DNA of 64,000 bases. It comes from an uncultured Clostridia bacterium. Its GTDB lineage: Bacteria > Bacillota > Clostridia > Christensenellales > UBA1242. The position numbers were made by a program, and so were the translations under genes. This document shows, one piece after another, positions 48,737 through 58,924 of this stretch. The DNA is taken from the NCBI GenBank assembly GCA_937895935.1, contig CALBKX010000024.1, forward strand, positions 8,726-72,725. The letters run 5' to 3'. The notes below the pieces were generated by a model that saw only the letters and a list, made by a program, of their open reading frames with translations, ran no database searches and had not been told where the DNA came from. How positions within the stretch are numbered: position 1 is the stretch's first letter; each line of letters starts with the position of its first letter.

Positions 48737-49243
48737 ATGGATAAAATTTTAATTGCAACGGTTTTAAAGCCTCAAGGGCTGTCAGGCGAGTTAAAATGTA
48801 AACTTGAGAATGATAATTATTCGATAATAAAAAATATTACTGAGGTTTATTTAAATGATAAAGATATTCCTACTAGAATATTGAATAAAAGTTTTAGAAT
48901 AGGTTATTTGTATTTAAAATTTAATACAATCAATTCCCGTGAAAAGGCTGATTTGCTTAGAAATACAAAAATATATGCTCTCAGAAATCAAATAGAAATT
49001 CCAAAAGAAGAATATATGGTGTCTGATTTGATTGGACTTGATGTTGTATCTGAAGCGGGCGAAAAAATAGGAAAGTTAACTGATGTACAAAATTATGGTG
49101 CCACAGACATTTTAATTATTGAACAATATAAGCGGGAATATATGGTCCCTTATATTAAATCTATTGTCAAAAAAGTTGATATAAGCAATAACACCATAGT
49201 AATTAATAAACAAAAATATGACGAGGCAAAAATATGCGATTAG
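48737..49243 (+). CDS. rimM: 16S rRNA processing protein RimM
   Basis: KPQGLSGELK N-terminus and a PRC-barrel C-terminus. It lies upstream of trmD. Confidence 0.9.
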   Translation: MDKILIATVLKPQGLSGELKCKLENDNYSIIKNITEVYLNDKDIPTRILNKSFRIGYLYLKFNTINSREKADLLRNTKIYALRNQIEIPKEEYMVSDLIGLDVVSEAGEKIGKLTDVQNYGATDILIIEQYKREYMVPYIKSIVKKVDISNNTIVINKQKYDEAKICD

Positions 49244-49896
49244 ATATTTTAACCCTTTTTCCTGAAATGTTTGCTCCATTAAAGGAAAGCATTATTAAAA
49301 GAGCAACTGATAAAAATCTAGTTACAATAAATATTGTACAAATAAGGGATTTTTCTCTTGACCCACATAAAAAGACTGATGATATTCCATATGGTGGCGG
49401 AGCAGGAATGGTTATGACTCCTCAACCATTATATGATGCCATTCAAAGCGTAAAAACGCCTGAATCACATATTATCTATTTAAGTCCTAGAGGTAGTGTG
49501 TTTAATCAAAAAAAAGCATATTCTCTCTGCAATTATAATCACTTAATTTTAATCTGTGGACATTATGAAGGTATTGATGAAAGAATAATTGAGTTATGCG
49601 TAGATGAAGAAATTTCAATTGGCGACTATGTTTTAACTGGTGGAGAACTACCTGCAATGGTTTTAGCGGATACAATTATAAGGCTGTTAGATGGTGCAAT
49701 AACAAAAGAATCATTAAAAGAGGAAAGTTTTTCAAATAACCTTTTAGAATATCCACAATACACAAGACCAAAAAATTTTATGGGGCTTGAAGTTCCAGAA
49801 GTGCTACTTTCTGGACACCACGCAAATATTGAAAAATGGCGTAAAGAGAAATCATTGAAAATAACAAAAAATAATAGACCTGATTTATTAAACTAA
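49234..49896 (+). CDS. trmD: tRNA (guanine37-N1)-methyltransferase
   Basis: ILTLFPEMF, PYGGGAGMVM, CGHYEGIDERI, and DYVLTGGELPAMV. Confidence 0.95.
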   Translation: MRLDILTLFPEMFAPLKESIIKRATDKNLVTINIVQIRDFSLDPHKKTDDIPYGGGAGMVMTPQPLYDAIQSVKTPESHIIYLSPRGSVFNQKKAYSLCNYNHLILICGHYEGIDERIIELCVDEEISIGDYVLTGGELPAMVLADTIIRLLDGAITKESLKEESFSNNLLEYPQYTRPKNFMGLEVPEVLLSGHHANIEKWRKEKSLKITKNNRPDLLN

Positions 49897-49918
49897 CCTA
49901 CTTATAAAAGGAAAAAAT

Positions 49919-50440
49919 ATGCCAAGTTTAGGATTACATTTAGCTATAACTAATGAATATTTAAAATTAAACAATAATGAAAATAAAGATGAATTTATAA
50001 AAGGGACAATAGATGTTGATTTAGCAGCTGACCCTTCAAAATCACATTATTCAATCATCACAAATGCCAATAATGTCGTTGAAATTTTAAAAAATAAAGT
50101 TTCTTTAAAGGACTTTAAACAACACAATGTAGTTAATTCCAGTTATGAAAAAGGATATTTTTTACATTTGCTGTCAGATTATTATTTTAATACACAATTT
50201 TTTGAAAAAAGATATTTAAATTCATTTACAATAATAAATTTTAAAGAGTTGCTATATAAGAATTATTCATACATTAATGAGCATTTAAAAGAAAAATTTA
50301 AAATTGTATTTCCAGATACAATTAAAATGTATGATATAACAAATGTAGGCAAAAGTGATATGTTACCATTGAATAAAATAGACGCATATATTTCAAAAAT
50401 GGCAAATTTGAATTTAGAAAAAGAGTACAAAAAAATATAG
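49919..50440 (+). CDS. Hypothetical protein (173 aa), possibly a metal-dependent hydrolase fold
   Basis: Clean ORF behind AAAGGAAAA. The GLHLA...D.D...H and FLHLLSDYYF patterns are only suggestive. Confidence 0.5.
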   Translation: MPSLGLHLAITNEYLKLNNNENKDEFIKGTIDVDLAADPSKSHYSIITNANNVVEILKNKVSLKDFKQHNVVNSSYEKGYFLHLLSDYYFNTQFFEKRYLNSFTIINFKELLYKNYSYINEHLKEKFKIVFPDTIKMYDITNVGKSDMLPLNKIDAYISKMANLNLEKEYKKI

Positions 50441-50449
50441 GATAAAATT

Positions 50450-50785
50450 ATGTTATATGAAATGAAATTAAAAAATGAACCTTTTAATAGTATCAAATAA
50501 GGTCAAAAAATAGTTGAAATGAGATTGTATGACGAAAAACGTAAATTATTGAAAATTGGTGACTGCATTGAGTTTACAAACATTTCTAATAATGAAAAAA
50601 TAAAAGTTGAAATAATCAATCTGTGTGTTTTTGCAAACTTTGATGAACTTTATAGTTTCTTTAACAAAACAGATTTGGGATATGAAGAAAATGAAATGGC
50701 AATTCCTCGTGATATGGAAAAGTATTATTCAAAAGAAGAACAAAAAATGTCGGGCGTTGTTGGAATTGTAATAAAACTAATTTAA
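50450..50785 (+). pseudogene. ASCH-domain gene interrupted by an in-frame TAA at codon 17
   Basis: It reads MLYEMKLKNEPFNSIK-TAA(50498-50500)-GQKIVEMRLYDEKRKLLKIGDCIEF... and is continuous in one frame. The track ORF at 50519 is the downstream part. Confidence 0.65.
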
Positions 50786-50800
50786 ATAAAAGGAAAAAAT

Positions 50801-51637
50801 ATGGCAAAAATCAATTGGTTTCCCGGTCATATGACAAAAGCGCTTAGGGAAATGGAAGACGAGTCTAAAAAAGTGGATATGGTTATATATGTTTTAGACG
50901 CTCGTGCTCCTATGTCGTGCATTAATCCTGAGTTTGTTAATATAATTGGCAATAAACCCATATTATATGTTTTAAATAAAGCAGATATGGTTGATACAAA
51001 AGACTTGCAAAGTTTTATAAAAAGATGCAAAAATGAAAATACTGAAGTTGTTTTGTTGAATAGCACAAAATCTGGTGCAATAAAAATTATTGAACCTATA
51101 ATGAACGACCTATGCAAAGAGAAAATTGAAAAATATAAGCAAAAAGGCTTTAAAATCAATTTAAGAGCTATGGTTTTAGGCGTCCCTAATTCTGGTAAAA
51201 GTACTTTAATAAACAATTTATGCGGTGTTAAAAAAGCAACAACAGGGGATAAGGCAGGAGTGACAAAAGGAAAACAGTGGCTTGCACTTAAAAATGGTTT
51301 TGAAGTTTTGGATACACCTGGAACACTTTATCCAAATATAACAAATCAAAAAATAGCTTTAAACTTGGCTTTTATTGGCTCAATTAAAAACGAAGTTTTG
51401 GATATAAATGAATTAGCATTAGACTTTTTAAATTTCTGCAAGAAAAAATACTTTATAAATTTAAAAGAGAAATATAATATTCAAGATGAAAACATATCAT
51501 CAATAGAAATGCTAGATAAAATAGCTGAATTTAAACACTTCTTATTGAAAGGTGGAGTTATTGATTATGATAGAACGTGTTTAGCAATAATTGATGATTT
51601 TAGAAAAGGTAAGTTAGGGAAAATTTATTTAGATTAA
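50801..51637 (+). CDS. rbgA: Ribosome biogenesis GTPase A (YlqF)
   Basis: Circularly permuted GTPase with the order NKADM (G4) ... GVPNSGKST (G1) ... DTPG (G3). N-terminus INWFPGHM. Confidence 0.92.
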   Translation: MAKINWFPGHMTKALREMEDESKKVDMVIYVLDARAPMSCINPEFVNIIGNKPILYVLNKADMVDTKDLQSFIKRCKNENTEVVLLNSTKSGAIKIIEPIMNDLCKEKIEKYKQKGFKINLRAMVLGVPNSGKSTLINNLCGVKKATTGDKAGVTKGKQWLALKNGFEVLDTPGTLYPNITNQKIALNLAFIGSIKNEVLDINELALDFLNFCKKKYFINLKEKYNIQDENISSIEMLDKIAEFKHFLLKGGVIDYDRTCLAIIDDFRKGKLGKIYLD

Positions 51638-51646
51638 AAGGAAAAT

Positions 51647-52261
51647 ATGTTAGAGTTTGAAAAAGAATTGATGTCAGATGGATATAATTTCATCGCTGGA
51701 ATAGATGAGGCTGGCAGAGGACCACTTGCTGGTCCAGTTTATACTGCAATGGTTATTATGCCTTTAGATAGTGATAAAATTATCTCTGGTATCGATGATA
51801 GTAAAAAACTGACAGCTTTAAAAAGAGAAGAATTGTTTGACAGAATAATAGACAATGCTATTGCTTATGCAATATGTTCGGTTGATGAAAAAACAATTGA
51901 TGAAATTAACATTTTACAAGCAACTATCAAGTGCATGAAAAAGTGTTATGAAACAATTAACATAAAGCCGGATTATTGCCTTGTTGATTATATTTCAGGT
52001 TTAAGTCTTGGTTGTAAATTTAATACAATTGTTAAAGGTGATGCAAAAAGTTATAGTATAGCTTGTGCTTCAATACTCGCTAAGGTTGCAAGGGATAAAT
52101 ATATGAAAGATATATCAAAAAAATTTCCTGAATATCAATTTGAAAAACATAAAGGATACGGAACAAAATTGCACTATGAACTATTAGAGAAATTTGGTAT
52201 TAGCGAAATACATAGAAAAAGTTTTTTAAAAAATATAGGTGAACATTTTGGAAATAATTAA
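51647..52261 (+). CDS. rnhB: Ribonuclease HII
   Basis: GIDEAGRGPLAGPV, DDSKKL, and ASILAKV motifs. Confidence 0.93.
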   Translation: MLEFEKELMSDGYNFIAGIDEAGRGPLAGPVYTAMVIMPLDSDKIISGIDDSKKLTALKREELFDRIIDNAIAYAICSVDEKTIDEINILQATIKCMKKCYETINIKPDYCLVDYISGLSLGCKFNTIVKGDAKSYSIACASILAKVARDKYMKDISKKFPEYQFEKHKGYGTKLHYELLEKFGISEIHRKSFLKNIGEHFGNN

Positions 52262-52610
52262 GTCAGCAAAATCTCAAAATCGAATCAAGGGTAAAATCGG
52301 AGAAACTTTAGCAATTAAATATTTAGAGGAACAAGGGTACAAAATATTAGAAACTAACTACTCCAATAAACTCGGTGAAATTGATATAATTGCAAAGGAT
52401 AATGATAGAATAGTTTTTGTAGAGGTGAAGGAAAGAGCTTCAGCAAAATTTGGTTATCCAAGGGAAGCGGTAAATTATTATAAACAACAAAAAATCCAAA
52501 TGGTTGCTAATTGCTATTTAAAAAATAAAAGATTAATGGATTCATATATAAGATTTGATGTTATTGAAATTTTAGCAGGCAATTTAACTCATTTAAAAAA
52601 TGCTTTTTAA
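52239..52610 (+). CDS. yraN: YraN family (UPF0102) endonuclease-like protein
   Basis: KGKIGETLAIKYLEEQGYKIL..N, GEIDIIA, VFVEVK, and RFDVI. The start is the GTG at 52239 or the TTG at 52248 behind AGGTG. Confidence 0.85.
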   Translation: MNILEIIKSAKSQNRIKGKIGETLAIKYLEEQGYKILETNYSNKLGEIDIIAKDNDRIVFVEVKERASAKFGYPREAVNYYKQQKIQMVANCYLKNKRLMDSYIRFDVIEILAGNLTHLKNAF

Positions 52611-52795
52611 GTTAGATATATGAACATAAAAACATATACCATTTAGCAAAAAAACAATCATTGTGATTTTGTTTATTTTTATACATTGCTTTAAAATAAA
52701 GGCTTTTTGCTTGTTTGTATATGAATATACAATCATATTCACATATATTGCTATTTTGTTTTTTTAAAATACAGCATTAAATGCTCATTGTAAAT

Positions 52796-52831
52796 TAAAA
52801 AAACAAGGAAACTCTTTTCCTTGTTTTTTTA
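52796..52831. terminator. Bidirectional terminator between yraN (+) and rpmB (-)
   Basis: ACAAGGAAA / TTTCCTTGT stem flanked by an A-run and a T-run. Confidence 0.8.
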
Positions 52832-52853
52832 ATTTTTGAGTAATAGAAAACAA

Positions 52854-53036
52854 TTAAGCTTTTTTAGCAGTTTTAATACATTTAGTACAAGCAGTAACTT
52901 TTTTTTCTTTACCATCAACTACCATAGTTGTTTTTTGAAGGTTAACTTCATATTGTCTATTTGCTTTACGGTTAGAGTGACTTACTGTGCAACCAGCCAT
53001 TTTACCTTTGCCACATATTTCACAAACTTTACTCAT
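52854..53036 (-). CDS. rpmB: 50S ribosomal protein L28
   Basis: MSKVCEICGKGKMAGCTVSHSNRKANRQYEVNLQ is the canonical L28 sequence. GGAGGAA SD. Confidence 0.96.
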   Translation of the reverse strand: MSKVCEICGKGKMAGCTVSHSNRKANRQYEVNLQKTTMVVDGKEKKVTACTKCIKTAKKA

Positions 53037-53238
53037 ATTATTCCTCCTGATTAAATAGTTTAATGTTTATTTAAAAACAATGATTTTTTCAAAAAATACT
53101 TATGTAATATAGCATTTAAATTACAGATTTGCAAGAGTTTTTTTAGGTTTTTCTAAAAAATCAAAAAAAATAGTTGAAAATTTTCATATAATGTTTTAAT
53201 ATAATATTGCAAAAGCTTTTTAATAGGAGGTAAAATCT

Positions 53239-53592
53239 GTGGCAGTTTCTACTAAAAATTATTACGGAAATATAGAAATATCTGAAAATGCAATCGCAGC
53301 AGTTGCAGGTTTTGCTACGCTTGATACTTATGGGGTTGTTGACCTTGTTTCAAAAAGTTTAAAAAGCACTATTGCCAACTTATTCAAAAAACAACCTTAT
53401 ACCAAAGGTATAATAGTAAATATAAATAAAGATAATAGAATCTTCATCGACATATATTGCATTTTAAAATATGGCATTTCTATAAGTGCCATTGCAGAAA
53501 GTCTTAAGAAAACAATAAAATATACTGTTGAAGACTTTACTGGAATGATAGTGGACACAGTAAATGTCCACGTTGTCGGTGTAAGAGTATAG
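53239..53592 (+). CDS. Asp23/Gls24 family envelope stress protein
   Basis: GTG start behind AGGAGG. The I.I...A...IA..A pattern is present, and it is divergent from rpmB and upstream of yloV as in Bacillus (yloU). Confidence 0.85.
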   Translation: MAVSTKNYYGNIEISENAIAAVAGFATLDTYGVVDLVSKSLKSTIANLFKKQPYTKGIIVNINKDNRIFIDIYCILKYGISISAIAESLKKTIKYTVEDFTGMIVDTVNVHVVGVRV

Positions 53593-53601
53593 GAGTATAT
53601 A

Positions 53602-55236
53602 ATGCAAAAATCAATAAACGGAGCATCCCTTCGTAAGATGTTTATAGGGGGTGTTGCGCTCTTAGATCAAAATAAAAAATTAGTTGATGCTTTAAACGTT
53701 TTTCCTGTTCCAGATGGTGACACTGGTACAAATATGTTCTTAACTTTAAAATCAGCTATAACTGAAGTAAATAATTGTATTGGAAATGAAATCCCAGATT
53801 TATGTGAAGCCTTTTCAAAAGGCGCTTTAAGAGGAGCTAGAGGTAACTCTGGTGTTATTACATCACAAATTGTTAAAGGTCTATGTTCTACACTTGCTAG
53901 CAGTAAAGAAATAAACACAAAATCTTTTGCAAAAGCTATAACCGAAGGTTGCAGAATTGCTTATAAAGCAGTAACAGTTCCAAAAGAAGGCACAATTTTA
54001 ACTGTAATCCGCGTTATGAGTGAATCAGCAAATGAAATCGCTAAAAAAACTTCTGATATTGAAGAGTTTTTAAAACTTGTTATTGACAGAGGTGAAGATA
54101 TTCTTCAGCAAACCCCTGAAATGTTGCCTGTTCTTAAAAAAGCAGGAGTAGTTGATGCTGGTGGTAGAGGCATTATTGTTGTCTTTACTGGTTTTTTGCG
54201 TGCTATTGCTGGTGAAGATTTTGACTATGTATTTGACGATAGTAAACCTGTTCAAACTGCCGATGATGTTATTGCTGATATTTCTAATTTAGCAGATATT
54301 GAATTTGGCTATTGCACAGAATATATGATTATTAATATGAACAAAAAGACCACCGAAGCAGATATTGATAAACTTCGCGAAAAACTTATGAAAATAGGTG
54401 ATAGTGTTTTATGTTTAGGTGATTTAAACTTAGTTAAAGTACACGTTCATACTAACACTCCTAATATTGCTTTGGGCTACGCATTGGAACTTGGTGAATT
54501 GTATAACTTAAAAATAGAGAATATGCGTGAACAAAACAGAGAACTTAAAAAGAAAGCCATGGGTCAACAACAAGAATTAAAAGAAAACGGAATGGTTTCT
54601 GTCGCACCAGGTAAAGGCATTGCTGATCTTATGAGAGATTTAACTGTTGACAATATTATTGAGGGCGGTCAAACAATGAACCCAAGTGCAAACGATATTG
54701 CACAAGCAGCTGATAAAGTTCCAGCAAAAAATGTATTTGTGTTCCCTAACAACAAAAACATAATTTTGGCTAGCGAACAGGCTAAGGGTTTAACTGAAAA
54801 AAATTTAATTGTTATACCAACAAAAAGCGTTCCTGAAGGAATTTCAGCAGCTTTGGCATTTAACCCTGAAGCAAGTGTAGAAGAAAATACTCAAAATATG
54901 ACTGACGCTATTTTATCGGTTAAATCTGCTTCAGTAACATATGCAGTTAGAGCAACACACGTTGACGGATTTGACTTAAATGTTGGAGAAATAATTGGTC
55001 TTGATGATAAGTCTATTTTGTCTAAAGGTACAGCAATTGGCGATACTACAAAAGATTTGATTTCCAAATTAATAAATGATATGACATCAACCATAACTTT
55101 ATTTTATGGTGAAGATGTGAAACCAATTGAAGCAGAACTTTTACAACAAGAACTTTCTGAAAAATATCCTAATGTGGAGATTACTGCTATTTTTGGCGGA
55201 CAACCAGTTTATTATTATGTAATTTCTTTAGAGTAA
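53602..55236 (+). CDS. yloV: DAK2-domain fusion protein YloV
   Basis: VFPVPDGDTGTNM and RGARGNSGVI Dak2 motifs, plus a DegV-like C-terminal half. Confidence 0.92.
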   Translation: MQKSINGASLRKMFIGGVALLDQNKKLVDALNVFPVPDGDTGTNMFLTLKSAITEVNNCIGNEIPDLCEAFSKGALRGARGNSGVITSQIVKGLCSTLASSKEINTKSFAKAITEGCRIAYKAVTVPKEGTILTVIRVMSESANEIAKKTSDIEEFLKLVIDRGEDILQQTPEMLPVLKKAGVVDAGGRGIIVVFTGFLRAIAGEDFDYVFDDSKPVQTADDVIADISNLADIEFGYCTEYMIINMNKKTTEADIDKLREKLMKIGDSVLCLGDLNLVKVHVHTNTPNIALGYALELGELYNLKIENMREQNRELKKKAMGQQQELKENGMVSVAPGKGIADLMRDLTVDNIIEGGQTMNPSANDIAQAADKVPAKNVFVFPNNKNIILASEQAKGLTEKNLIVIPTKSVPEGISAALAFNPEASVEENTQNMTDAILSVKSASVTYAVRATHVDGFDLNVGEIIGLDDKSILSKGTAIGDTTKDLISKLINDMTSTITLFYGEDVKPIEAELLQQELSEKYPNVEITAIFGGQPVYYYVISLE

Positions 55237-55291
55237 ATAATTATATAAAATAATGAAATGTTAAAAAAATATGTTAAAAAAATATAGAGAA

Positions 55292-55324
55292 TAAAAGAAG
55301 AATGACATTATTCTTCTTTTTTTC
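55292..55324 (+). terminator. Rho-independent terminator after yloV
   Basis: AAAGAAGAAT / ATTCTTCTTT stem followed by a T-run. Confidence 0.8.
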
Positions 55325-55476
55325 ACATATTTATATGATAAAGCTTATTAAAAGCATATTGACTAATATTTTTATATAAGTTAACATTGTTAAACAAAAA
55401 AAAGAAAACTTCAAAATTTAGTTTGAATTTTGTGTTTTTGCAATTGCAAAATTAATTTTGATCTTTCTGTTTGAAA

Positions 55477-55519
55477 ATTAGTTGCTGGCATACAGTTAAA
55501 TGTTGCTTGCCGACATCTT
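55477..55519 (+). promoter_or_regulatory. Conserved leader hairpin / inverted repeat, copy 2
   Basis: ATTAGTTGCTGGCA-N17-TGCCGACATCTT, followed by CAAAAT as in copy 1. It lies 46 nt upstream of the ATG of an orphan gene. Confidence 0.4.
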
Positions 55520-55565
55520 CAAAATTACAATTAACATACTAATTAAAAAGGAGGATACAAGTTAA

Positions 55566-55946
55566 ATGTTTAATGAATTTAGATACTTTGCAAAAGGATT
55601 AGTGGGCGACAACTACCGATTTTCAGAGAAAGAAATGGATAAATTATGTTTTATAAGTAGGAATAATGGAATTTTTTATGAACTGGCTTTTTATGTTATA
55701 CCAAAAAGTATAAACAAATATAATGAAGTGAAATTTGTTTCAAATGAGGATAGTGTTCCTGTTACAAGAGTTAATGAAATAGACAAAAGTTCTGTCCTAT
55801 TTCAAAAATTAGAGTTTTATAAAAATAAATTTATAAACTTAAATGCTACGCCAACTTATCGAGAATTAAAATTATTTAATGAAAAGTTGATTAATTATCA
55901 ACACGATTTAAATAAAATTGATAAAATTTATCAACTAACAAAATAA
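55566..55946 (+). CDS. Hypothetical protein (126 aa)
   Basis: AAAGGAGG SD and its own terminator. No motif recognised. Confidence 0.6.
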   Translation: MFNEFRYFAKGLVGDNYRFSEKEMDKLCFISRNNGIFYELAFYVIPKSINKYNEVKFVSNEDSVPVTRVNEIDKSSVLFQKLEFYKNKFINLNATPTYRELKLFNEKLINYQHDLNKIDKIYQLTK

Positions 55947-55990
55947 TTAATGTTTATTTAAATTTAATTAAAAAAAATTTTTAATACTTT

Positions 55991-56058
55991 AAAACAAGCA
56001 AAACTTTGTATTGCATCACTTTTTTAAGTTGTACACAGTTTTGTCTTGTTTTTTTTAC
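55991..56058 (+). terminator. Long-stem rho-independent terminator
   Basis: AAAACAAGCAAAACT / AGTTTTGTCTTGTTTT followed by a T-run. Confidence 0.65.
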
Positions 56059-56288
56059 AGAAATATATAAAAAAAGAGTATCGAAAATTTTTTTAATTTT
56101 TAATTATGTTTTATTTTCTACTTTTGAATTTTAAGATTCTGTTTTATTATAAAAAATTATTATATGTAGAATAAAAAGTCAAAAAATACAAATTTCTAAT
56201 TAAAATTTTATTTATTTAATAAAATATTTGCTAAATTAATACAAAATGTGTAAACTTTAAAAGTATTTTAAAAGGAGATAAAATTTTA

Positions 56289-58922
56289 ATGGCAAAAAAA
56301 TACGTTTATTTGTTTACAGAAGGCAATGCTTCAATGCGTGAACTTCTTGGCGGTAAAGGTGCAAATTTAGCTGAAATGACAAATCTTGGGTTACCAGTAC
56401 CACAAGGTTTTACTATTTCAACAGAAGCTTGTACTAAATATTATGAAGATGGCCGTCAAATCAATCCAGATATTCAAGCACAAATTCTTGAATATATCGC
56501 TAAAATGGAAGAAATCACAGGTAAAAAATTTGGTGATGAAGAAAATCCTTTATTAGTTTCAGTTCGTAGCGGTGCTAGAGCTTCTATGCCTGGTATGATG
56601 GATACTATATTAAACTTAGGATTAAATGAAAAAGTAGTTAATGTTATAGCTAAAAAATCAGGTAATCCTCGTTGGGCTTGGGACTGTTATAGACGTTTTA
56701 TTCAAATGTATTCAGATGTTGTTATGGAAGTAGGTAAAAAATATTTTGAACAACTTATTGACCAAATGAAAGAACGTAAAGGTGTGGTTCAAGATGTTGA
56801 ACTTACAGCTGATGATTTAGCAGAACTTGCAAGAGAGTTTAAAGCAGAATATAAAGATAAAATAGGTGAAGATTTCCCTGATGACCCTAAAGAACAATTG
56901 TTTGGAGCTATTAAAGCTGTGTTCCGTTCTTGGGATAATCCTAGAGCAAACTATTATAGAATGCAAAATGACATTCCTTATTCTTGGGGAACAGCGGTTA
57001 ATGTTCAAATGATGGCTTTTGGTAATATGGGTGAAACTTCTGGAACAGGTGTTGCATTTACACGTGACCCAGCAACTGGTGAAAAGAAACTTATGGGTGA
57101 ATTTTTAATGAACGCTCAAGGTGAAGACGTTGTTGCGGGTGTTAGAACTCCAATGCCTATTGCAAAAATGGAAGAAGTTATGCCAGAGGTGTTTGAACAA
57201 TTTAAACATATTTGTAAAACTCTTGAAGGTCATTATAGAGATATGCAAGATATGGAATTTACTATTGAAGATAAAAAATTGTATATGTTGCAAACTAGAA
57301 ATGGTAAACGTACAGCAAGAGCTGCAATAAAAATTGCTTGTGACTTAGTGGATGAAGGTATGATTACTGAAAAAGAAGCAATTATGCAAATCGATCCAAA
57401 AAGTTTAGATTCTTTATTGCATCCTCAATTTGATGCAAAAGCGTTAAAAAGTGCAGAACCTATTGCTCAAGCGTTAGCCGCTTCTCCGGGTGCCGCTTGT
57501 GGTAGTATTGTATTTACTGCTGAAGACGCAGTAAAGGCTGGCAAAAATAAACAAAAAGTTGTTTTAGTTCGTCTTGAAACTTCGCCTGAAGATATTGAAG
57601 GTATGCATTATGCACAAGGCATTTTGACTGTTAGAGGCGGTATGACATCTCACGCTGCAGTTGTTGCACGTGGTATGGGAACTTGCTGTGTTTCAGGATG
57701 TGGCGATATAAAAATGGATGAAGAAAATAAATGTTTTACACTACATGGCAAAACATTTAAAGAAGGTGACATAATTTCTCTTGATGGTTCAACAGGAAAA
57801 ATTTATGATCAAGCAATTAGCACTGTTCCTGCTAACACCAATGATGGTGAGTTTGGTAGAATTATGGCTTGGGCTAATAAATATAAAGCATTGTCTGTTA
57901 GAACTAATGCAGATACTCCTAAAGACGCTCATCAAGCTTTCGAGTTTGGTGCGGAAGGTATTGGTCTTTGCAGAACTGAGCATATGTTCTTTGAACCAGA
58001 TAGAATTGCAGCGATAAGAGAAATGATTTGTTCTGATACAGTTGAACAACGTGAGGCTGCACTTGCAAAACTTGAACCAATGCAACAAGGTGATTTTGAA
58101 AAACTTTATGAGGAAGCTCAAGGTGCTCCAGTTAACATCCGTTTCTTGGATCCACCTCTTCATGAATTCGTTCCAACTGAAGAAGCGGATATAAAATTGC
58201 TTGCTGACTCACAAGGAAAAACAGTTGAAGAAGTTAAACAAATCATCGCTTCTTTACATGAATTTAACCCAATGATGGGACATCGTGGTTGCCGACTTGC
58301 AGTCACTTTCCCTGAAATTGCAAAAATGCAAACTACTGCAGTAATAAAAGCTGCTATAGAAGTGAACGCAAGACATAATGACTTTAAAACCACTCCTGAA
58401 ATTATGATCCCACTTGTAGGCGAAGCAAAAGAATTAGCTTTTGTTAAAAAAATTGTATGTGAAACTGCTGATAAGTTGATTAAAGAAGCAGGAGTACAAA
58501 TGTCATACAAAGTTGGTACTATGATTGAAATTCCAAGAGCTGCACTTCTAGCTGATGAAATTGCAAAAGAAGCAGAATATTTCTCTTTTGGTACAAATGA
58601 TTTAACTCAAATGACTTTTGGATTTAGCCGTGATGATGCTGGTAAATTCTTAGGTTCATATTATCAAAACAAAATTTATGAATTTGATCCATTTGCTCGT
58701 TTAGATACAAAAGGTGTTGGTAAATTGGTAGATATGGCATCTCGCCTTGGTAAACAAACAAGACCAGATATCATTTTAGGAATTTGTGGTGAACATGGTG
58801 GCGACCCTTCATCAATTGAATTCTGTCATAAAACAGGCTTGACTTATGTTTCTTGTTCGCCTTTCCGTGTGCCTATTGCGCGTTTGGCCGCTGCACAAGC
58901 AAACATTAAATTCCCTAGGTAA
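56289..58922 (+). CDS. ppdK: Pyruvate, phosphate dikinase
   Basis: GGKGANLAEM, the phospho-His loop GGMTSHAAVVARG, and the PEP-utilising C-terminal motifs GICGE and FSFGTNDLTQ. Confidence 0.97.
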   Translation: MAKKYVYLFTEGNASMRELLGGKGANLAEMTNLGLPVPQGFTISTEACTKYYEDGRQINPDIQAQILEYIAKMEEITGKKFGDEENPLLVSVRSGARASMPGMMDTILNLGLNEKVVNVIAKKSGNPRWAWDCYRRFIQMYSDVVMEVGKKYFEQLIDQMKERKGVVQDVELTADDLAELAREFKAEYKDKIGEDFPDDPKEQLFGAIKAVFRSWDNPRANYYRMQNDIPYSWGTAVNVQMMAFGNMGETSGTGVAFTRDPATGEKKLMGEFLMNAQGEDVVAGVRTPMPIAKMEEVMPEVFEQFKHICKTLEGHYRDMQDMEFTIEDKKLYMLQTRNGKRTARAAIKIACDLVDEGMITEKEAIMQIDPKSLDSLLHPQFDAKALKSAEPIAQALAASPGAACGSIVFTAEDAVKAGKNKQKVVLVRLETSPEDIEGMHYAQGILTVRGGMTSHAAVVARGMGTCCVSGCGDIKMDEENKCFTLHGKTFKEGDIISLDGSTGKIYDQAISTVPANTNDGEFGRIMAWANKYKALSVRTNADTPKDAHQAFEFGAEGIGLCRTEHMFFEPDRIAAIREMICSDTVEQREAALAKLEPMQQGDFEKLYEEAQGAPVNIRFLDPPLHEFVPTEEADIKLLADSQGKTVEEVKQIIASLHEFNPMMGHRGCRLAVTFPEIAKMQTTAVIKAAIEVNARHNDFKTTPEIMIPLVGEAKELAFVKKIVCETADKLIKEAGVQMSYKVGTMIEIPRAALLADEIAKEAEYFSFGTNDLTQMTFGFSRDDAGKFLGSYYQNKIYEFDPFARLDTKGVGKLVDMASRLGKQTRPDIILGICGEHGGDPSSIEFCHKTGLTYVSCSPFRVPIARLAAAQANIKFPR

Positions 58923-58924
58923 AC

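Noticed and set aside
50498-50500. The in-frame TAA in the ASCH gene read as evidence for stop-codon reassignment.
   Set aside because: TAA, TAG and TGA each terminate several well-conserved genes at their expected ends (for example ldh TAA, tig TAG, relA TGA). The genome uses the standard code.
52700-52760. Imperfect palindrome TATATGAATATACAATCATATTCACATATA between yraN and rpmB.
   Set aside because: It is AT-only and imperfect, and it lies between two convergent 3' ends with a separate strong terminator. It is most likely fortuitous.
52836-53054. 72-aa ORF on the + strand.
   Set aside because: It is exactly antisense to rpmB, which is unmistakable (MSKVCEICGKG...).
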